From Octopus bimaculoides (taxonomy: Eukaryota): a stretch of 64,000 nt of DNA. Positions 60,963-64,000 of the stretch are shown in pieces. Positions within the stretch are counted from its first letter, which is position 1, and each line of letters opens with the position of its first letter. The DNA is taken from positions 269,357 to 333,356 of the forward strand of contig NC_068992.1 in the NCBI RefSeq assembly GCF_001194135.2. Reading direction: 5' to 3'. A model generated the notes under the pieces. The model had not been told where the DNA came from. It was given only the letters and a program-made list of their open reading frames with translations, and searched no databases. A program made the translations under genes and the position numbers.

Positions 60963-61125
60963 GACGGGCTTCTTTCAGTTTCTGTCTACCAAATCCAGTC
61001 ACAAGGCTTTGGTTGACCTAAGGCTATAGTAGAAGACACCTGCCCAAGGTGCCATACAGTGGGACTGAACCCAGAACCATGTGGCTGGTAAGCAAGCTAC
61101 TTACCACACAGCCACTCCTGTGCCT
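60705..61125 (-). mobile_element. SINE family C, long form
   Basis: Complete head (AAGTAGCTTGCTTACCAGCCACATGGTTCTGGGTTCAGTCCC on minus), (CA)/(TA) middle and 3' domain. Confidence 0.88.
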
Positions 61126-61489
61126 ATGATTTGGCAAGAATCTTTCAACATCTTAATTGTGACTTCAAATATATCTTTCTAAATTTTATACATCTACTTG
61201 TTTTTTTTGTCCCCTTTTGTTGTAGGGAAAGGTGCCTATGTTGTTTCTTTCCCTTTAATTCTTGGACATAACTTTCTTAAATGACATAACTGTGTTACAT
61301 TTAAAAACGAGGTACCACTACAAGAAATCTGTCCCCATACTTGTTCCTACATTGGTGACATCTTTGCTACTGAATCTCACCTTTTCTCTTTGATGAAAAG
61401 ACTAATCAGTTTCTTGATAGTAATATGGATCCCTCAGTCACTCCAAGGAGAGACAAGTTGTAGCGGTCCGAAACTAGTTAACATCTTGG

Positions 61490-62045
61490 AATTGACTATT
61501 TGCAAATGCTACTGTTTTCTGGATGCATATTCACTTCCTAAATTTAAAGAGTTCTTGTGTTCTTTACCTAACTTTAAATTCTACTATTAACTGGATCTGA
61601 AAGTAGGATATTACCAGATTCCACTCCACAATTATCATAAAAGCATTGCAAGCTGATGGAATCTTATTCAGGTTTACAAGATTAATCTTTTGTGTAAATG
61701 TAAGCATTTTTCAAAGATTGGTGGATAGAATAATTTACTAACAGTGACATCAAAGGAATTGGTGCTTGTCTTGATGATATTATTGTCATTTGCAGAATTA
61801 TTGAGAAGCATTATGGAAACTTGTTCCACTTTATTTCAGTTGCTAAGAGACACAGGATTACATTGAGCAATGACAAATATCTTCTTCCCCAAATATCCAT
61901 TTGTTACCAAGGATATAAAATAGAAAATAATTCTCTGAAGCCTGACTCAGAAAGATTGAAATGCTTCATGGATTTCCCGATGCTTAATATTGCTAAACAA
62001 CTTCACACTAACTTTGTTTAGTTACTATTCTCAGTGGGTGTCTCC
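61490..62045 (+). mobile_element. Ty3/Gypsy reverse transcriptase relic
   Basis: Successive decayed motifs LDAYSLPKFKE, LDLKVGYYQIPL, FQRLVDRII, CLDDIIV (YxDD), YQGYKIENNSLKPDSERL and SYYSQWV. Confidence 0.85.
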
Positions 62046-64000
62046 TTTCTTGAAACTAAGCCTTACTTTAGCATTGCAAAAAAGATACCCAAATGCTACT
62101 CATCTGTTTAAAACTTCAATAGTTAATCTCTTTCTGTCTGTCTGTCTCTCTCTCTCTCTCACTTTCTCTCTCTTTTCATACCTTCAGTTCAAACTGATGC
62201 TTTTCTAACTGCAGTCAGGCAGCACTGGCAATGGCCACACTTGAATGGTGCTTTTTACGTGCCACCACCATGGGAGCTGCGGATGTTAAATGATGATGGT
62301 GGTGGTATTGATACTGCTTTTGCAGCTGTTATTTTGTAATAATCCCACTGGCTATTTGCAATGCCAGTGCCTGATTAGGCACTGAAATTTTATGTATAAT
62401 GCTAGCAGAGAAATTGTTGCTATCTCCAGCTTCCAGGTGTCTACCATTGACAAGGTCAAGGAAGGCTGAAATCACATGATCTGGTAGTCCCAGTGGCAAT
62501 GGCAGAAAATTATCTCCTGCTAGCCATATAAACTCGAGTACCTATATGCACCATAAATCTATATGAGAAGTTCTCTCATGATAATTATAACAGTATCCTG
62601 TGTTCTAACACAATATCCACTTTTAAATGGGGATAAATATTACCTTTTGGTATTAATACTGCTTGTGTCTGTATTAAATATTTTCTCAAGTTTCCTTTTG
62701 AGTTTACATATCGAGATATGATATTTATAATTCTGTTTTCAAAATATATTATGTTTCAAATATTTCTAAAACAAAATAAGTATGAATCGATTTTCAAAAT
62801 TTATTAACCTTCAACGTTTAAAGTTATATCGGAGTAGTTTCCCTTCGCTGATGATCTTTCTATTCTGGTATATTCAAGTTAGTATTTCCTTTCTCTTCTA
62901 AGTCCAGCCTGTGTCAGTATGGAAAGTGGACATTAACCTATAAAGTGCTGGGATTTGCACTTTCATAGCATGGACTGCTGAGTACATTTTATGAAAATGA
63001 GACAACTATGCACATATAAAAAATAAAAAATAGTTAAAATATCTCCTTAGTATATAATGGTGGCAAGTTTTATATCATCTGAAAAGTTGTTAGTTGAACT
63101 ATTAGTCCTCTTGCATTCTGGGGGATATCAGAGCATTTGAGTGACATTAGACCCCAACAAACGCCCATAAATTAAATGCACCTATCTGGGCCATATTTGT
63201 GGCCTGTTGACCTGTGCCTGACAACCACGTTCATGGTCTGTTGACCTGTGCCTGACAGCCACGATCGTGTCCCGTCGCACTTTATGTGTTAAAGTATGAT
63301 GAAGCTTTTCCTTTATCTGCTACATTCCTCCATTTTAAAGATGGTGGTGTGAAATTTAAAGGGGATTTGGTTTAAATTTGTTTCCCAAGCCTTGCACCAA
63401 TCACTTAGCTGAATATTTCTTTCCCAGAACATCCGCCTTCTGGAATTCTTTTCACCATACAGACACTGGCATAATGATTCTTCATAATGAAAACGAACCC
63501 CATCAACATGATCACTTCCAGGAGGTAGGAGCTGTAAGATCATAGCAATGTTCCTTCCATAAATTACAACAAACAAAAAAAAATTAAAAAAAAAAAAAAA
63601 AATGAAAGAGTGATAGCTCCTTGCTGTTGTCATTAAAGGATGTATTTAAAAATTTACCAGAAGTGAATTCAGGCCTTTTCTCCTACCAGTTTCAAATTAT
63701 CACCAGTGCACCACAACCATGGAAGGCCGTTAACAAATTGCATGAGAAGGATTTTGAGTTAGGAATCTACAAAGCACCACTCTGTAGCAGAACAGTGCTT
63801 TTCACCAGAGTGAACTGGAACAATGTGAAGTGTCTTGCTCAAGAGTTTAATGTTATCCAGTCTGGAGATTAAACCCGTGGGTCAACAGCCTAAACACTAA
63901 ACCATGCTACTGGAATAGGCAAGAGGAAAGCTTCTAGTATTAACTTTATGGATCCTGAAATTGTCAGGATCGTCATGAGAAGGATCTTCTAATGACTTCA

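Noticed and set aside
63621-63872. 83-aa ORF as a full exon
   Set aside because: The 3' half is a SINE-derived segment (AAGTGTCTTGCTCAAG) and the acceptor is weak.

Overview
AT-rich eukaryotic genomic DNA, dense in microsatellites, with eight N-gaps. The SINE repertoire and microsatellite load point to an octopus genome (inference; no database search was run). Three intron-containing genes can be assembled with GT-AG junctions and matching phases: NGRN/neugrin (minus, 2 coding exons, 449 aa), TRAPPC4 (plus, 5 exons, 216 aa) and PIGP (minus, 4 coding exons, 133 aa). A probable first exon of an unidentified plus-strand gene starts at 59737. No host coding exon was recognised in the first ~31 kb. 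The rest is transposon debris: Helitron, two Tc1/mariner relics, RTE, Tx1/L1 and RLE-type LINE ends, a Gypsy RT relic, several MITEs and at least five SINE families (working names A-E; SINE and LINE ends approximate). Best leads: (1) a tRNA-headed repeat family whose four copies reconstruct a minimal, dimer-type hammerhead ribozyme; (2) a hammerhead core in exact register inside the loop of a ~140-bp fold-back in TRAPPC4 intron 4; (3) a young non-autonomous LTR element with TG...TA ends, a GATT TSD, a duplicated primer-binding site and a 32-nt captured tRNA-Trp 3' end including CCA; (4) an array of STAT/Rel-like motifs; (5) a perfect 107-bp inverted repeat in TRAPPC4 intron 1. No CRISPR, rRNA or complete tRNA gene was found.
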